DNA from: Prochlorococcus marinus CUG1438
Lineage (GTDB): Bacteria > Cyanobacteriota > Cyanobacteriia > PCC-6307 > Cyanobiaceae
Assembly: GCA_017644325.1 (NCBI GenBank)
Contig: JAEPLS010000003.1
Coordinates: 73,974 to 137,973 of the forward strand
DNA length: 64,000 bases
Direction: 5' to 3'
Shown here: piece by piece, positions 46,103 through 56,689 of the stretch
Layout of the letters: each line of letters opens with the position of its first letter
Position numbering within the stretch: position 1 is the stretch's first letter
The notes under the pieces: generated by a model
What the model saw: only the letters and a program-made list of their open reading frames with translations
Told to the model about the DNA's origin: nothing
Database searches by the model: none
Translations under genes and position numbers: made by a program

Positions 46103-48182
46103 ATCCAGATAGACCTAAGTGTCTTATTAAAGCATCTGTTTTTGGTTCCCTTCCCCTGAATAGTTTGAATATCTCTAATGGAGGTAAGCTACCACCCAAG
46201 CTAAGAACTGTATCTTTAAATTTCTTTCCTATTAATTTCAAATCTTTAGAGTTTTCTAGATTCGCTTCTTCGAACATAGAAAAAGCATCAGCACTTAGAA
46301 CCTCAGCCCATTTATAAGAGTAATATCCTGCAGAGTATCCTCCTGCAAATATGTGACTAAAACAACAAAGAAATTTATCTTCTTGAATTGGAGTAATTAC
46401 AGTTGTTTTTTTTGCAATTTCTCTTCTAATTTCATCTGCTGTTTTACCTTCGTTTTTATCAAGTCTACTGTGTAATCTAAGGTCTGTAATCGCAAAATGT
46501 AGCTGTCTAAGAGTAGCCATACCACAATTAAAAGTTCTGTTCTTTAGTAGCTTTTCAAAGTTTTCATCAGATAATTTTTCACCTGTTTTATAATGCTTAG
46601 CAATACTCAAGAGTGTATTTTTATGAAAACACCAGTTTTCCATAAATTGACTTGGAAGTTCGACTGCATCCCATTCCACATTATTAATACCAGCTGCTTG
46701 AGGAAGATTTACAGTGGTAAGCATGTGTTGAAGACCATGACCAAATTCATGAAATAGTGTCTGAACTTCTTCAAAACTCATCAAACTAGGTTTGTCTTTT
46801 GAGGGTGGAGTTTGATTACAAACAAGATAAGCTACCGGTAGAGTCTTTTTGCCAACACTATTTTTATTCAAGCATTCATCCATCCAAGCTCCCCCTCTCT
46901 TAGACTCCGGCCGTGAATATGGATCGAGGTAAAAAGATGCTATTTTGTTATTTTCTTTATTAAGGATATTAAAAAATAAAACGTCATCATTCCATCTAGG
47001 AGCTTCATTGGTTGCTTCGACTACTTTAATTTCAAAGAGCTTTTCACTTAATTTGAATAAACCATTCAAAACATCATTTAGTGGGAACCAAGGCCTCAAA
47101 GATTCTTGATCTAAATTAAGCTTTTCTTTCCTAAGAAGTTCAGACCAATAACTGATATCCCATGGCTCAATATTCTGTGATTCTGACAATCCATTAGTTT
47201 TAGAAAACTTATCTAGCGTTTCTAATTCAATTTTTGCGGTTTTGAATGCTGGTTCTCTTAAATCCTCTAAAAGGTTTTCAACATTTTTGATTTCTTTCGC
47301 CATTTTAGTTGACAAACTTAGTTCTGCCCAACTTTCATAACCTAGAAGATTGGCCTGTTTAGTTCTAAGAGTTAAGATTTCTTCAATAATTTGAGAATTA
47401 CTTTTTTCTCCTTGAGAAGCTCTGCTAACAAATGCCTTATAAAGTCTTTCTCTAAGGTTACGGTCTGTAGCATATGTCATGAATGACGTATAAGTTGGAA
47501 TATCTAGACTTAATTTCCAAGGACCATTCTTGATATCAACTTCGCCATTTTGTTTTAAATGATTGTGAGCAGTCATTGCCATCAACTCGAGTACTCGTTC
47601 AGGAAGACCATCTACTTCAGATTTTTTATTTAATATTAAAAACCATTTATTAGTGGCATCAAGAACATTGTTACTAAAATCTGTCGATAACTTTCCAAGC
47701 TTTTCTGAAATGTTGTTAAATTCTTCTTGATCATTTTTATTTAATGAAATGCCTCTGTGTTGCATCTCGAGAATTTCTTTATCTAAAATCCTTTTTTTGA
47801 TTTGATCAAAGTTATTTGTCTCTTTAAGCTTGACTAAAGAATTATAAATTATTTTACTTTGTCCGAATTTGTTACTCAAGCTAATAATCTCGGGAAGAAA
47901 CTTTGAATAAATATCTCTAAGACTTTCAGAATTTTTTACTGCATTTAGATGGCTTATTACACCCCAACTCCATCTAAGAATTTCATTGACTTCATTTAAA
48001 GGATTTATTACCTTATCCCAACTTAAATCATTTTGAATTAAATAATGAGATAAATTTTTCTCTATATTTTTAAAATCTTCTTCTATCTTTTCAAGTACTA
48101 ATGGAAACTGTTTATTTATGTTTTCGGGTGTAAATTTTTTAAATTCTGGCAATTCTCCATATTTAAAAATCGAACTTTGCAT
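46095..48182 (-). CDS. prlC: Oligopeptidase A (M3 family zinc metallopeptidase)
   Basis: It has the HEFGH zinc motif with a downstream E ligand and M3 family length (695 aa). Confidence 0.9.
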   Translation of the reverse strand: MQSSIFKYGELPEFKKFTPENINKQFPLVLEKIEEDFKNIEKNLSHYLIQNDLSWDKVINPLNEVNEILRWSWGVISHLNAVKNSESLRDIYSKFLPEIISLSNKFGQSKIIYNSLVKLKETNNFDQIKKRILDKEILEMQHRGISLNKNDQEEFNNISEKLGKLSTDFSNNVLDATNKWFLILNKKSEVDGLPERVLELMAMTAHNHLKQNGEVDIKNGPWKLSLDIPTYTSFMTYATDRNLRERLYKAFVSRASQGEKSNSQIIEEILTLRTKQANLLGYESWAELSLSTKMAKEIKNVENLLEDLREPAFKTAKIELETLDKFSKTNGLSESQNIEPWDISYWSELLRKEKLNLDQESLRPWFPLNDVLNGLFKLSEKLFEIKVVEATNEAPRWNDDVLFFNILNKENNKIASFYLDPYSRPESKRGGAWMDECLNKNSVGKKTLPVAYLVCNQTPPSKDKPSLMSFEEVQTLFHEFGHGLQHMLTTVNLPQAAGINNVEWDAVELPSQFMENWCFHKNTLLSIAKHYKTGEKLSDENFEKLLKNRTFNCGMATLRQLHFAITDLRLHSRLDKNEGKTADEIRREIAKKTTVITPIQEDKFLCCFSHIFAGGYSAGYYSYKWAEVLSADAFSMFEEANLENSKDLKLIGKKFKDTVLSLGGSLPPLEIFKLFRGREPKTDALIRHLGLSGST

Positions 48183-48195
48183 TGATTAAAATGAG

Positions 48196-49737
48196 TTAAT
48201 TAACTAATGTTGGAATTAATCCTATTAACTTAGCTAAAGTGAGATGCTGACTGAGAGCATTTGTTGAAGATTCGTATAAATTTATGGCGATTTTGGGCCA
48301 AAAACCTATTGCCAAAGTAGGCAACAATAAACTAAAACCAATAGTCAACTCTCTACCATTCATTTCTTTAACTGTAGCTAGTGCGGGAATTCTAGGACCA
48401 AAGAATACTCTTCTACACATTGAGAGTAAATATATTGGTGTTAGAACTAAACCAATAGCTGCAATAAGAATCGTAATTGATCTAAAGATAGAGCTGAAAC
48501 CTTCTTGACTAGTGATACCTAAAAATACAGTTATTTCACTAATAAAACCGCTCATTCCAGGTAGTGCTAGAGAAGCTAAAGAGCTTGCCAAGAAAAAAGC
48601 AAAAGTTATTGGTAAGACCTTTGCTAAACCGCCCATATTTGGAATAGAAAGAGTATTTGTTCTTTCATAGAATGAGCCCGTAACAAAAAACATAGCTGCA
48701 GCGATAAGTCCGTGACTGATCATTTGGAGCATTGCACCGCTTATCCCTAAAGCATCGACAGCTCCAATCCCTAAAAGAACGAAACCCATATGACTCACTG
48801 AGCTACATGCAATTCTCCTTTTGACATTATCTTGTGCAAATGCATTTAATGCTCCATATATTATATTGATAATTCCAAGAATAATTAACGCAGGTGCAAT
48901 TTGAAGATGTACTTCAGGTAATATTTGAACGTTGAATCTTAAAAGAGCGTAGCCTCCCATTTTTAAGAGTATTCCAGCAAGCAACATTGATACTGGTGCA
49001 TTAGCCTCACCATGCGCATCAGGTAACCAAGTATGTAGAGGAAAGATCGGAAGTTTTACTCCAAAGCCAATCAAAAATCCAAGATAGGATAACAATGCTA
49101 GGCTTCCTGTTACGTGTTTATTTGTTAAGTCGGTAATATTTAAAGTAAAGGTATCGCCACTCAAGGCAATTGCCAACCCACTTATGAGTATTAATAAAGA
49201 AGCTAATGCTGTGTAAAGAATAAATTTAGTAGCTGCATATAATTTCTTTTTCCCTCCCCAAATTGCGATAAGAAGATATACCGGAACCAACTCAAGTTCC
49301 CAGGCTAAGAAGAATAATAAGAAATCTTGAGAGAGGAAAACCAGTGCTTGAGCTGAGGCTTGAACTAATAAAAGAGCAAAATATAAATTAGATTTTTTCT
49401 TTATTTTCCAACTTGCGGCAACTGATAAAAATGTAATTAATCCACTTAAAGCGACTAAAGGAGCAGATAACCCATCTACTCCAAGAGACCACTCTAAACC
49501 AATTGAGGGTAACCAAGTAACTCTTTCTATAAGTTGCAAGGAGCTAATTGCGGGATCAAATTTCTGGAAAAGTACACCAATAATCAGTAAAAAATCTATG
49601 AACAAAAAACTTAATGAGATATTTCGAGGTAGCGTATTATCTTCCCCTTCCTTTGTACTCAAAAAAGGCATTATTAATGCCCCAATTAAAGGAAGTAAAA
49701 CTATAGTTGATAGCCAAGGGAAAGATTCTAAATTCAT
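48196..49737 (-). CDS. ndhD: NDH-1 subunit 4 (NdhD); paralogue type not assigned
   Basis: The 513-aa polytopic membrane protein has NuoM/NdhD motifs (…[27 protein letters not shown]…). Confidence 0.9.
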   Translation of the reverse strand: MNLESFPWLSTIVLLPLIGALIMPFLSTKEGEDNTLPRNISLSFLFIDFLLIIGVLFQKFDPAISSLQLIERVTWLPSIGLEWSLGVDGLSAPLVALSGLITFLSVAASWKIKKKSNLYFALLLVQASAQALVFLSQDFLLFFLAWELELVPVYLLIAIWGGKKKLYAATKFILYTALASLLILISGLAIALSGDTFTLNITDLTNKHVTGSLALLSYLGFLIGFGVKLPIFPLHTWLPDAHGEANAPVSMLLAGILLKMGGYALLRFNVQILPEVHLQIAPALIILGIINIIYGALNAFAQDNVKRRIACSSVSHMGFVLLGIGAVDALGISGAMLQMISHGLIAAAMFFVTGSFYERTNTLSIPNMGGLAKVLPITFAFFLASSLASLALPGMSGFISEITVFLGITSQEGFSSIFRSITILIAAIGLVLTPIYLLSMCRRVFFGPRIPALATVKEMNGRELTIGFSLLLPTLAIGFWPKIAINLYESSTNALSQHLTLAKLIGLIPTLVN

Positions 49738-49815
49738 TTTGTAATGAATAATTTTACTATTCTAGTTGAAGTTGCACTAGCTTGAGACTATAACATTAAA
49801 AATGCCTAAGTAAAA

Positions 49816-50763
49816 CTACTTACCTGAAATGGCGCTAAATTGACTCCCTGTTGTTTGAACATTTAAAAATGGCGCTCTACTTGCTACGCCTGACTTCTCC
49901 CATGCTTTTACCATTGCTTTACTTACATTTTTACCATTTTCCTTTTTACACAAAGCCAAGATACTTGGACCAGCCCCACTAATTGCACATCCTAAAGCAC
50001 CTGCTTCTAATGCGGCCTCTTTGACTTCCAGCCCACCTTTAATAAGTTTCCACCGGTATGGTTCATGTAACTTATCAAACATCCCCTCTTTTATTAATTC
50101 TTCATTTCCTGCTTTTAATCCATTTAGCAATAAAGTAAGTGCCCCCATATTAGTCACAGCATCAGATAAGGGAACATTCTTTGGCATTACTTTCCTTGCT
50201 TCACTTGTACTTAAACGAATAGCAGGTATTGCTACAACAACTTTTATAGAATCGTGCCAATCACATCTTATTATTCTCCATCTTTGTGAAGAAGAGCGGG
50301 CGGTTAAACAAAGGCCCCCCAACAGAGATGGAACTACATTATCAGGATGACCTTCGATATCAATAGCAAGTTCTAGAAGTTTTTCTTTCGACAGTGGGGA
50401 ATTCATTATGGCATTTGCTCCGATCAGTCCAGCGACTATTGCTGTAGCACTACTCCCAAGTCCGCGTGCTGGTGGTACAGCTAGCTTGACTCTTGCTTCA
50501 AGGGCAAAAGGGTCCATATTCGCACTTCCCCATACTTTCTGAGCGGCTCTAAAAACCAGGTTCTCCGGTCCCCCTCTTAAATGATTACCATCGGTACTCT
50601 CCATAATTAAATCAAATCTATCTCCACCACCTTCAATTCTCGTAAAAATAAATTCATTATATAAATCTAGTGCTGCACCTAGGCAGTCGAAACCTGGCCC
50701 CAAATTTGCAGTTGTAGAAGGTACTGTTACTCTTATTTTTTTACCTACTTCAGGAATAAACAT
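49816..50763 (-). CDS. thrB: Homoserine kinase
   Basis: It is GHMP kinase motif II in a ThrB context: PPARGLGSSATAIVAGL. Confidence 0.93.
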   Translation of the reverse strand: MFIPEVGKKIRVTVPSTTANLGPGFDCLGAALDLYNEFIFTRIEGGGDRFDLIMESTDGNHLRGGPENLVFRAAQKVWGSANMDPFALEARVKLAVPPARGLGSSATAIVAGLIGANAIMNSPLSKEKLLELAIDIEGHPDNVVPSLLGGLCLTARSSSQRWRIIRCDWHDSIKVVVAIPAIRLSTSEARKVMPKNVPLSDAVTNMGALTLLLNGLKAGNEELIKEGMFDKLHEPYRWKLIKGGLEVKEAALEAGALGCAISGAGPSILALCKKENGKNVSKAMVKAWEKSGVASRAPFLNVQTTGSQFSAISGK

Positions 50764-50769
50764 TTTTTG

Positions 50770-51807
50770 TTAAGTAGTTTTTAAAAGCATTTCTGCTCTG
50801 CAGGCGGCACTAAAAAGTCCAAACTCTTCATCTAAAATCACTCTCATAGGTATTGTTTTAAGAATATCTTTTAATCTTCCCTTATCGAAAAATTGTTTCA
50901 TAAATAAATCTGATTTAAAGTTTTTGAAATGTTTTGATGCGGTCCCTCCAGAAATCCATAACCCTCCAAAGCACAATTCTTGAAGAGCAACATCTCCAAG
51001 TAAAGAGGCATAAGCACCTAACCAAATCTTCTCAACTTCGACCATTAGCTGATCCCCTTCTTTAGAAAGATTGCAAATTTTTTCAGGTAGTTCTTTCCTC
51101 GCAAGATCATAATTTTTAATTTCTTTTAGATATTTTTTTAGAGGATGGTTTTGGGCATCAGGCTTGCTTAGTCTCCATTCGGCGATTCTTGATAAACCAG
51201 TGCCGCTAATAATTCTCTCACAAGATATCCTCTCAACTTTTAGGTAATTCTTAAGCCAAATTTTTAATTCCCATTCTAATTTTGATTTTGGCGAGTACTC
51301 TACATGACCACCTTCACTAGCCAAAACTTTTATATTTCCCTCCGATATTATGCCTCTTGCAATGCCCAAACCAGTTCCCGCTCCAACAATAGCGTGTAAA
51401 TCATTATTAGCTCCTTCAGAATGGGATCCATTTTGGATAGTAGAATATTGATTATTTTTTAAATAAGGTATTCCATACATTTGTACTGCGAAATCATTTA
51501 TTAGTTCGCAACTTTTAAAATTAAATTTCTTCTGTAAAGCATTTCCAGAAATATACCATGACAAGTTTATGATTTTTGCTTGATTGTTAGATAAAGGACC
51601 AGCTACGGCAAAACATGCAGAAGAAGGATGAGGAATATTTTTGCATTCATTTTTGAGAAAATCTTCTAGTATTAAGTCAAAAGAATCCCAATCAGAAGAT
51701 ATATATTTCTTCTTGGATAATAACTTAGGCGAATTATCATTTTTTGTTTTTTCGAATATTCCCAATAGCACCTTAGTGCCTCCTAAATCACAAGCGAGAA
51801 AATTCAT
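50770..51807 (-). CDS. glk: Glucokinase
   Basis: Supporting motifs are LACDLGGTKVLLG… and …GAGTGLG…EGGH. Confidence 0.9.
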   Translation of the reverse strand: MNFLACDLGGTKVLLGIFEKTKNDNSPKLLSKKKYISSDWDSFDLILEDFLKNECKNIPHPSSACFAVAGPLSNNQAKIINLSWYISGNALQKKFNFKSCELINDFAVQMYGIPYLKNNQYSTIQNGSHSEGANNDLHAIVGAGTGLGIARGIISEGNIKVLASEGGHVEYSPKSKLEWELKIWLKNYLKVERISCERIISGTGLSRIAEWRLSKPDAQNHPLKKYLKEIKNYDLARKELPEKICNLSKEGDQLMVEVEKIWLGAYASLLGDVALQELCFGGLWISGGTASKHFKNFKSDLFMKQFFDKGRLKDILKTIPMRVILDEEFGLFSAACRAEMLLKTT

Positions 51808-51817
51808 ATACTTTAAA

Positions 51818-53734
51818 TTATTCTGTCCTCCCTTTTTTTTCTATTAATTGATCTATAAATTTGTATAGATTAGGTAAATTGAAAATTCCTAAATTTGTTC
51901 CATCCAAAGCTCTTAAGGCAACTGAATCAATTTCTTCTTCTTTATCTCCAATAACTGCAATTAATGGAACTCTTTCAAGAGTCGCCTCTCTTATTTTATA
52001 TCCTATTTTTTCATTCCTAATATCAACTTTTGATCGGTAACCATTGTTATTTATAAATTCATTAAACTTTAAACATTTTTCAATATTTCTATCGGTAATG
52101 CTCAATAAAATTATTTGACAAGGCGCAAGCCAAATTGGGAATTTTGCCTCATATTGTTCAATTAAAATTCCGATAAATCTTTCAAAGGATCCTAAGATTG
52201 CTCGATGAAGCATAACTGGATTTCTTTTTTCATTATCAATATCAACATAAGTTGCATCTAATCTTATAGGCATTGAGAAGTCAACCTGAATAGTACCGCA
52301 TTGCCAGACTCTATTAAGACAATCTTTTAACGAGAATTCTATTTTTGGACCATAAAAAGCACCTTCCCCTGGTTGTAGTCCCCATTTTAGATTCTTATTA
52401 TCGAGAGCTTTTGTAAGAGCCTCTTCTGATTTATCCCAAATCTCTTCGCTACCTACCCTTTTTTCAGGACGAGTTGATAATTTGATAATGATTTCATCAA
52501 AACCAAAAGTTTTATAAACCTCGAAAACAAGATCTATAAAAGTAGATACCTCCTCTTGAATTTGCTCTTCTGTGCAAAATATATGTGCATCATCTTGAGT
52601 AAAGTTTCTTACTCTCATTAAGCCGTGTAATGCACCAGATGGCTCATTTCTGTGACAAGAACCAAATTCAGCAAGTCGAATAGGTAAATCCTTATAACTT
52701 TTTAAACCTTGATTAAATACTTGAATATGGCATGGACAATTCATTGGTTTAATTGCATAAGTTCGATTTTCTGATGCAGTAGTAAACATATCGTCTCTAA
52801 ATTTTTCCCAATGACCGGATTTTTCCCAAAGAGATTTATCAACAGCTTGTGGGGTTTTAATTTCTAAATAATTATTTTTTTTAAGTATTCCTCTTATGTA
52901 TTTTTCCAGTACCTGGTAGATGGTCCATCCATTTGGATGCCAAAAAATCATTCCTGGAGATTCTTCTTGTATATGAAATAGTGCATGTTTTTTACCAAGT
53001 TTTCTATGATCTCTTTTTTCTGCTTCTTCAATTCTTGTTAAGTAGTCATTGAGTTCTTTCTCTTTTGCCCATGCAGTTCCATATATTCTCTGTAATGATT
53101 CATTATCGCTATTACCCCTCCAATATGAACCTGATAATTTAAGTAACTTAAAGTGTCTCAAATGTCTAGTGTTAGGAACATGTGGCCCTCTACACATGTC
53201 GATATATTCTTCATGCTTGTATAAATTGATAAGACCTTCTTCAGGAATTTCTTCAATAATTCTTAATTTAAAAGTCTCATCTCTCTCTTTAAAAGTTTTA
53301 ATTGCTTCTTCTTTAGAAACTTGCAAAATTTCAACGTCATAGTTTTTTTTGATTAATTTATTAATTCGATTTTCGATTTTTATTAAATCTTCAGGAGTAA
53401 ATCTATATTCAGAAAAAATATCGTAATAAAAACCATCTTCAATTACAGGCCCAATAGCCATTTTAATATTAGGGTAAATTTGTTTAACTGCATGACCAAT
53501 AAGGTGAGCAAAGGAGTGTCTTATTATTTCTATACCCTCTTTATCTTTTGATGTGATGATTACAACTTTGGAATCTTTATTTATAGGAATAGTTGCATCA
53601 AGAAGAACATCATTTACTTTCCCAGCAATTGTTGCTTTAGCTAATCCAGCTCCGATACTCTCTGCAATTTCTAGGATAGTTACAGATTTTTCGAAAACCT
53701 TTTTTGTACCATCAGGCAAAGTAATTATTGGCAT
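51818..53734 (-). CDS. thrS: Threonyl-tRNA synthetase
   Basis: It has a TGS domain, an editing domain (HSFAHL), class II motifs (…FRHFKLL…, [27 protein letters not shown]) and an anticodon-binding domain. Confidence 0.97.
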   Translation of the reverse strand: MPIITLPDGTKKVFEKSVTILEIAESIGAGLAKATIAGKVNDVLLDATIPINKDSKVVIITSKDKEGIEIIRHSFAHLIGHAVKQIYPNIKMAIGPVIEDGFYYDIFSEYRFTPEDLIKIENRINKLIKKNYDVEILQVSKEEAIKTFKERDETFKLRIIEEIPEEGLINLYKHEEYIDMCRGPHVPNTRHLRHFKLLKLSGSYWRGNSDNESLQRIYGTAWAKEKELNDYLTRIEEAEKRDHRKLGKKHALFHIQEESPGMIFWHPNGWTIYQVLEKYIRGILKKNNYLEIKTPQAVDKSLWEKSGHWEKFRDDMFTTASENRTYAIKPMNCPCHIQVFNQGLKSYKDLPIRLAEFGSCHRNEPSGALHGLMRVRNFTQDDAHIFCTEEQIQEEVSTFIDLVFEVYKTFGFDEIIIKLSTRPEKRVGSEEIWDKSEEALTKALDNKNLKWGLQPGEGAFYGPKIEFSLKDCLNRVWQCGTIQVDFSMPIRLDATYVDIDNEKRNPVMLHRAILGSFERFIGILIEQYEAKFPIWLAPCQIILLSITDRNIEKCLKFNEFINNNGYRSKVDIRNEKIGYKIREATLERVPLIAVIGDKEEEIDSVALRALDGTNLGIFNLPNLYKFIDQLIEKKGRTE

Positions 53735-53737
53735 AAT

Positions 53738-54754
53738 TTATTTCTCCATTTCAAAGAATCCCAATTTTGATTTAACTCTTTTTAAAGTCTGATTTGCTAC
53801 ATCTTCCGCTTTTCCCCTCCCTTCTTCAAGGATTTTATTTAATTGATATGGATCATTAATTAATAATTTATATTTTTGCTGAATAGGTTCTAGTGAATCA
53901 ATAAGTTGTTCAGTAATTAATTTTTTAAATGTGCCCCATCCAGTCTCTGAGAATTCCTTTTCACATTGAGAAATTTCTTTACCCGATAATATTGAATAAA
54001 TCATTAAAAGATTTTTAGATTCTGGCCTCTCAGGGTTATTAAATTCTATTCCAATAGAGCTATCACTTTTTGCCCTTTTTATTTTTTTTGTGATTAGTTC
54101 AGGAGGATCTAATAAGTTAATACGACTGTTCTCATTAGGATCACTTTTGCTCATCTTTTTTGAACCATCAATCAAACTCATTATTTTTGACCCATTCTTC
54201 ATGATTATTGGTTGAGGGATTTTTAAAATATTTTTATCCTTACTAAATCTGGCATTTATTCTTTGTTGTGCAATATCTCTGGCAAGTTCAAGATGTTGTT
54301 TTTGATCCTCACCTACTGGTACAAAGTCTGCTTCATATAGAAGAATGTCTGCAGACATTAGGATCGGATAGTCAAATAGTCCAATGGATACATTATTTCC
54401 CTGTTGTATGGATTTTTCCTTGAATTGAATCATTCTTTCCATCCAATTTATAGGAGTCATGCAATTTAAAATCCAGCAGAGTTCTGAATGTGCAGAAATA
54501 TGACTTTGGACAAAAATTGAGCATATATTGGGATCAATCCCACAAGCGACGTATAAAGCCGCAGTAGAGATAGTGTTCTGAGATAATTCTTTTGGATTAT
54601 ATGAAGTTGTGATTGCGTGCAAATCAACTACACATAGAAATGTTTCATATTGCTCTTGAAGCGTAACCCAATTATTTATGGCTCCAAGCCAATTCCCAAT
54701 ATGTAAATCACCAGTAGGTTGAACTCCCGAAAGAATTCTTTTTTTATTTGCCAT
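53738..54754 (-). CDS. trpS: Tryptophanyl-tRNA synthetase
   Basis: …ILSGVQPTGDLHIGNWLG… is the HIGH motif and KMSKS is present. I prefer the ATG at 54754 (MANKKR…) to the TTG at 54763. Confidence 0.95.
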   Translation of the reverse strand: MANKKRILSGVQPTGDLHIGNWLGAINNWVTLQEQYETFLCVVDLHAITTSYNPKELSQNTISTAALYVACGIDPNICSIFVQSHISAHSELCWILNCMTPINWMERMIQFKEKSIQQGNNVSIGLFDYPILMSADILLYEADFVPVGEDQKQHLELARDIAQQRINARFSKDKNILKIPQPIIMKNGSKIMSLIDGSKKMSKSDPNENSRINLLDPPELITKKIKRAKSDSSIGIEFNNPERPESKNLLMIYSILSGKEISQCEKEFSETGWGTFKKLITEQLIDSLEPIQQKYKLLINDPYQLNKILEEGRGKAEDVANQTLKRVKSKLGFFEMEK

Positions 54755-55166
54755 CCTCTTCAACTTCGCTAGATTGGACCTCTTCAGGTGATGTACTTTT
54801 TACAGGCCTTGCAAAAGGGTCAGGTGCTGTTTTTGACTTTTCTTCATGAGGATTTTGTGATTGTCTACTCGGAGAGGAGTTTTTATTATTTTTTGCATAT
54901 TTTGTGATTGATTCAATTAATTTTTCGTCTTTGATCATTTCGCTAAGTGTTCTAACAGAGAAACCCAAAACTGCAACGGTAGATCTCAATTGAAAGGTCT
55001 CTTGTATTGATTTAACAGCTTTCATTTCGTTATCACTTAATCTTATGCGAAATCCTCCTCCATCTCTTCTTCCGCCTGACCTATCTCTGAAATTAGACCT
55101 TTCATTGTTAGAACGACCTCTGTAATTTTCTTGTCCAGGATTATTGCTGAAATTTGAATTAGACAT
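54744..55166 (-). CDS. Hypothetical Arg/Gly-rich protein with a ribbon-helix-helix-like core
   Basis: The 140-aa ORF has an N-terminal RG-rich tract (YRGRSNNERSNFRDRSGGRRDGGGF), then IRLSDNEMKAVKSIQETFQLRSTVAVLGFSVRTLSEMI (a beta-alpha-alpha pattern), then a low-complexity acidic tail. Its stop overlaps the trpS ATG by 11 nt. Confidence 0.6.
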   Translation of the reverse strand: MSNSNFSNNPGQENYRGRSNNERSNFRDRSGGRRDGGGFRIRLSDNEMKAVKSIQETFQLRSTVAVLGFSVRTLSEMIKDEKLIESITKYAKNNKNSSPSRQSQNPHEEKSKTAPDPFARPVKSTSPEEVQSSEVEEDGK

Positions 55167-55332
55167 CTTGATGTTTCTTAAGTTATTTAAATAGTCTATT
55201 AACTTAGCATCTTGTTATGCAATAAGTCTTTCTTAAAAGCTTTAAATTTTTATCTTTTGATTAACGACTTATGAAATTTTGCTTTTCTCATTCACGAGTT
55301 GCATTAAAATAATATTAGAAAAATAAAGTACT

Positions 55333-56670
55333 GTGTTTGATATTAGTAAAGACAACCTTTTAAAGGATTTTATAAAATTTCCAAAAAGAAATCTTTTTAT
55401 TATTTTATTATTATTAGGTTTTGGGGAATGGTTTGTCAGTGACTTAATTCATTTTGCAGGAGGCTCAATCGGATTCTTTGCGTTGTGTTTGGGTGGGTAC
55501 TTTTACTTGAAGAATGATAAGCCTAAATTTAATGAGCCAAATAATTTAGATGGTTGGATAAATTTATGTAATGAAGATTTAAATTTTTTTGAAGAACTTG
55601 AAGCAAAAAATGAATTAGAAAAAAAGAATTCAAAAAGACAAAAAATACTTGAATCGATTCTTAATAGAAGTGAAAAAGAAAAAATAAGTTGTATTGGACA
55701 AAAAGATTATCAGAGTTGCTACTCTATTTTGAAAAGTTATTTTAAAGTAGAGAAGTTTGACTTTGATTTATACAAAAAACTGCCTAAGTACAATTCTTCT
55801 CAGATTATTCCAGAAGAAGCTTTGAAGAGTGATGCAATCTTGTATTTTATAAACTTGCCTTTGTCGGCAAATGATTTTTTGTGGCTGGAAAAGTTTCCTA
55901 AAAATATGCCAATCTGGTTGGTGGCTTTAACTTTAAACGAAATAGAAGCCAAAAATCAGATAGAAGAGCTTAAGTCTCAAATTTCAAGTAACTTTATAAA
56001 CAAAATTATTACTTTTGATGTGAATAAGAATGAAATAATAAATATACCTTTTTCGTTAAGAAAGTTTTCCATAAGTTCATCTAAAAATATTGAAAATACA
56101 AAAAAAAGGCTATTGAAAGAACTTCATGCTGTCTGGCAATCTGAAATTGAAGGGATAAGAAGAGTGCAATTAAAAGGTATACAAAGAAAAAATCAAATTC
56201 TTGTTGCGACAACTGTTTTCTTATCTCCTATCCCATCAATTGATGTTATGGCAATGACAGTACTAAATTCATTAATGATTAAAGAAATTAAATCTATATG
56301 GGGCTGTAATTGGTCTCCTGAAATTTTAGATAAAGTATCTAAAGAGATTTTAAGGACTGCAATTGCTCAGGGGGTTATTGAATGGAGTGGACAGACTCTA
56401 ATTGGCATAACAAAATTACATGGACCAAATTGGATTGTCTCTGGAACATTTCAGGCTGTCAGTGCTGCTTATTTAACAAGAGTAGTATCAAGCTCTTTGG
56501 CTGATTTTATGGCAATAACAAAAGGAGTAGAAGAACCTGATTTGGCTTTTATAAAGAAAAATTCTGAGAAAATTGTTGAAAAAGCTTTTGAAAAAGAAAA
56601 AATAAATTGGCAAGGATTTATTTCTGATCTTAGAAAACCTATTATGAAACCATCTTTTAGTTCATCTTAA
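55333..56670 (+). CDS. Membrane protein with a degenerate GTPase-like middle region and a C-terminal DUF697 (YcjF-like) domain
   Basis: The 445-aa ORF starts with GTG and has N-terminal TM helices. The C-terminus (…ATTVFLSPIPSIDVMAMTVLNSLMIKEIKSIWG…AVSAAYLTRVV) resembles DUF697. No GxxxxGK(S/T) P-loop is visible. Confidence 0.6.
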   Translation: MFDISKDNLLKDFIKFPKRNLFIILLLLGFGEWFVSDLIHFAGGSIGFFALCLGGYFYLKNDKPKFNEPNNLDGWINLCNEDLNFFEELEAKNELEKKNSKRQKILESILNRSEKEKISCIGQKDYQSCYSILKSYFKVEKFDFDLYKKLPKYNSSQIIPEEALKSDAILYFINLPLSANDFLWLEKFPKNMPIWLVALTLNEIEAKNQIEELKSQISSNFINKIITFDVNKNEIINIPFSLRKFSISSSKNIENTKKRLLKELHAVWQSEIEGIRRVQLKGIQRKNQILVATTVFLSPIPSIDVMAMTVLNSLMIKEIKSIWGCNWSPEILDKVSKEILRTAIAQGVIEWSGQTLIGITKLHGPNWIVSGTFQAVSAAYLTRVVSSSLADFMAITKGVEEPDLAFIKKNSEKIVEKAFEKEKINWQGFISDLRKPIMKPSFSSS

Positions 56671-56689
56671 AGAAGGGTGAAGATTAAAT

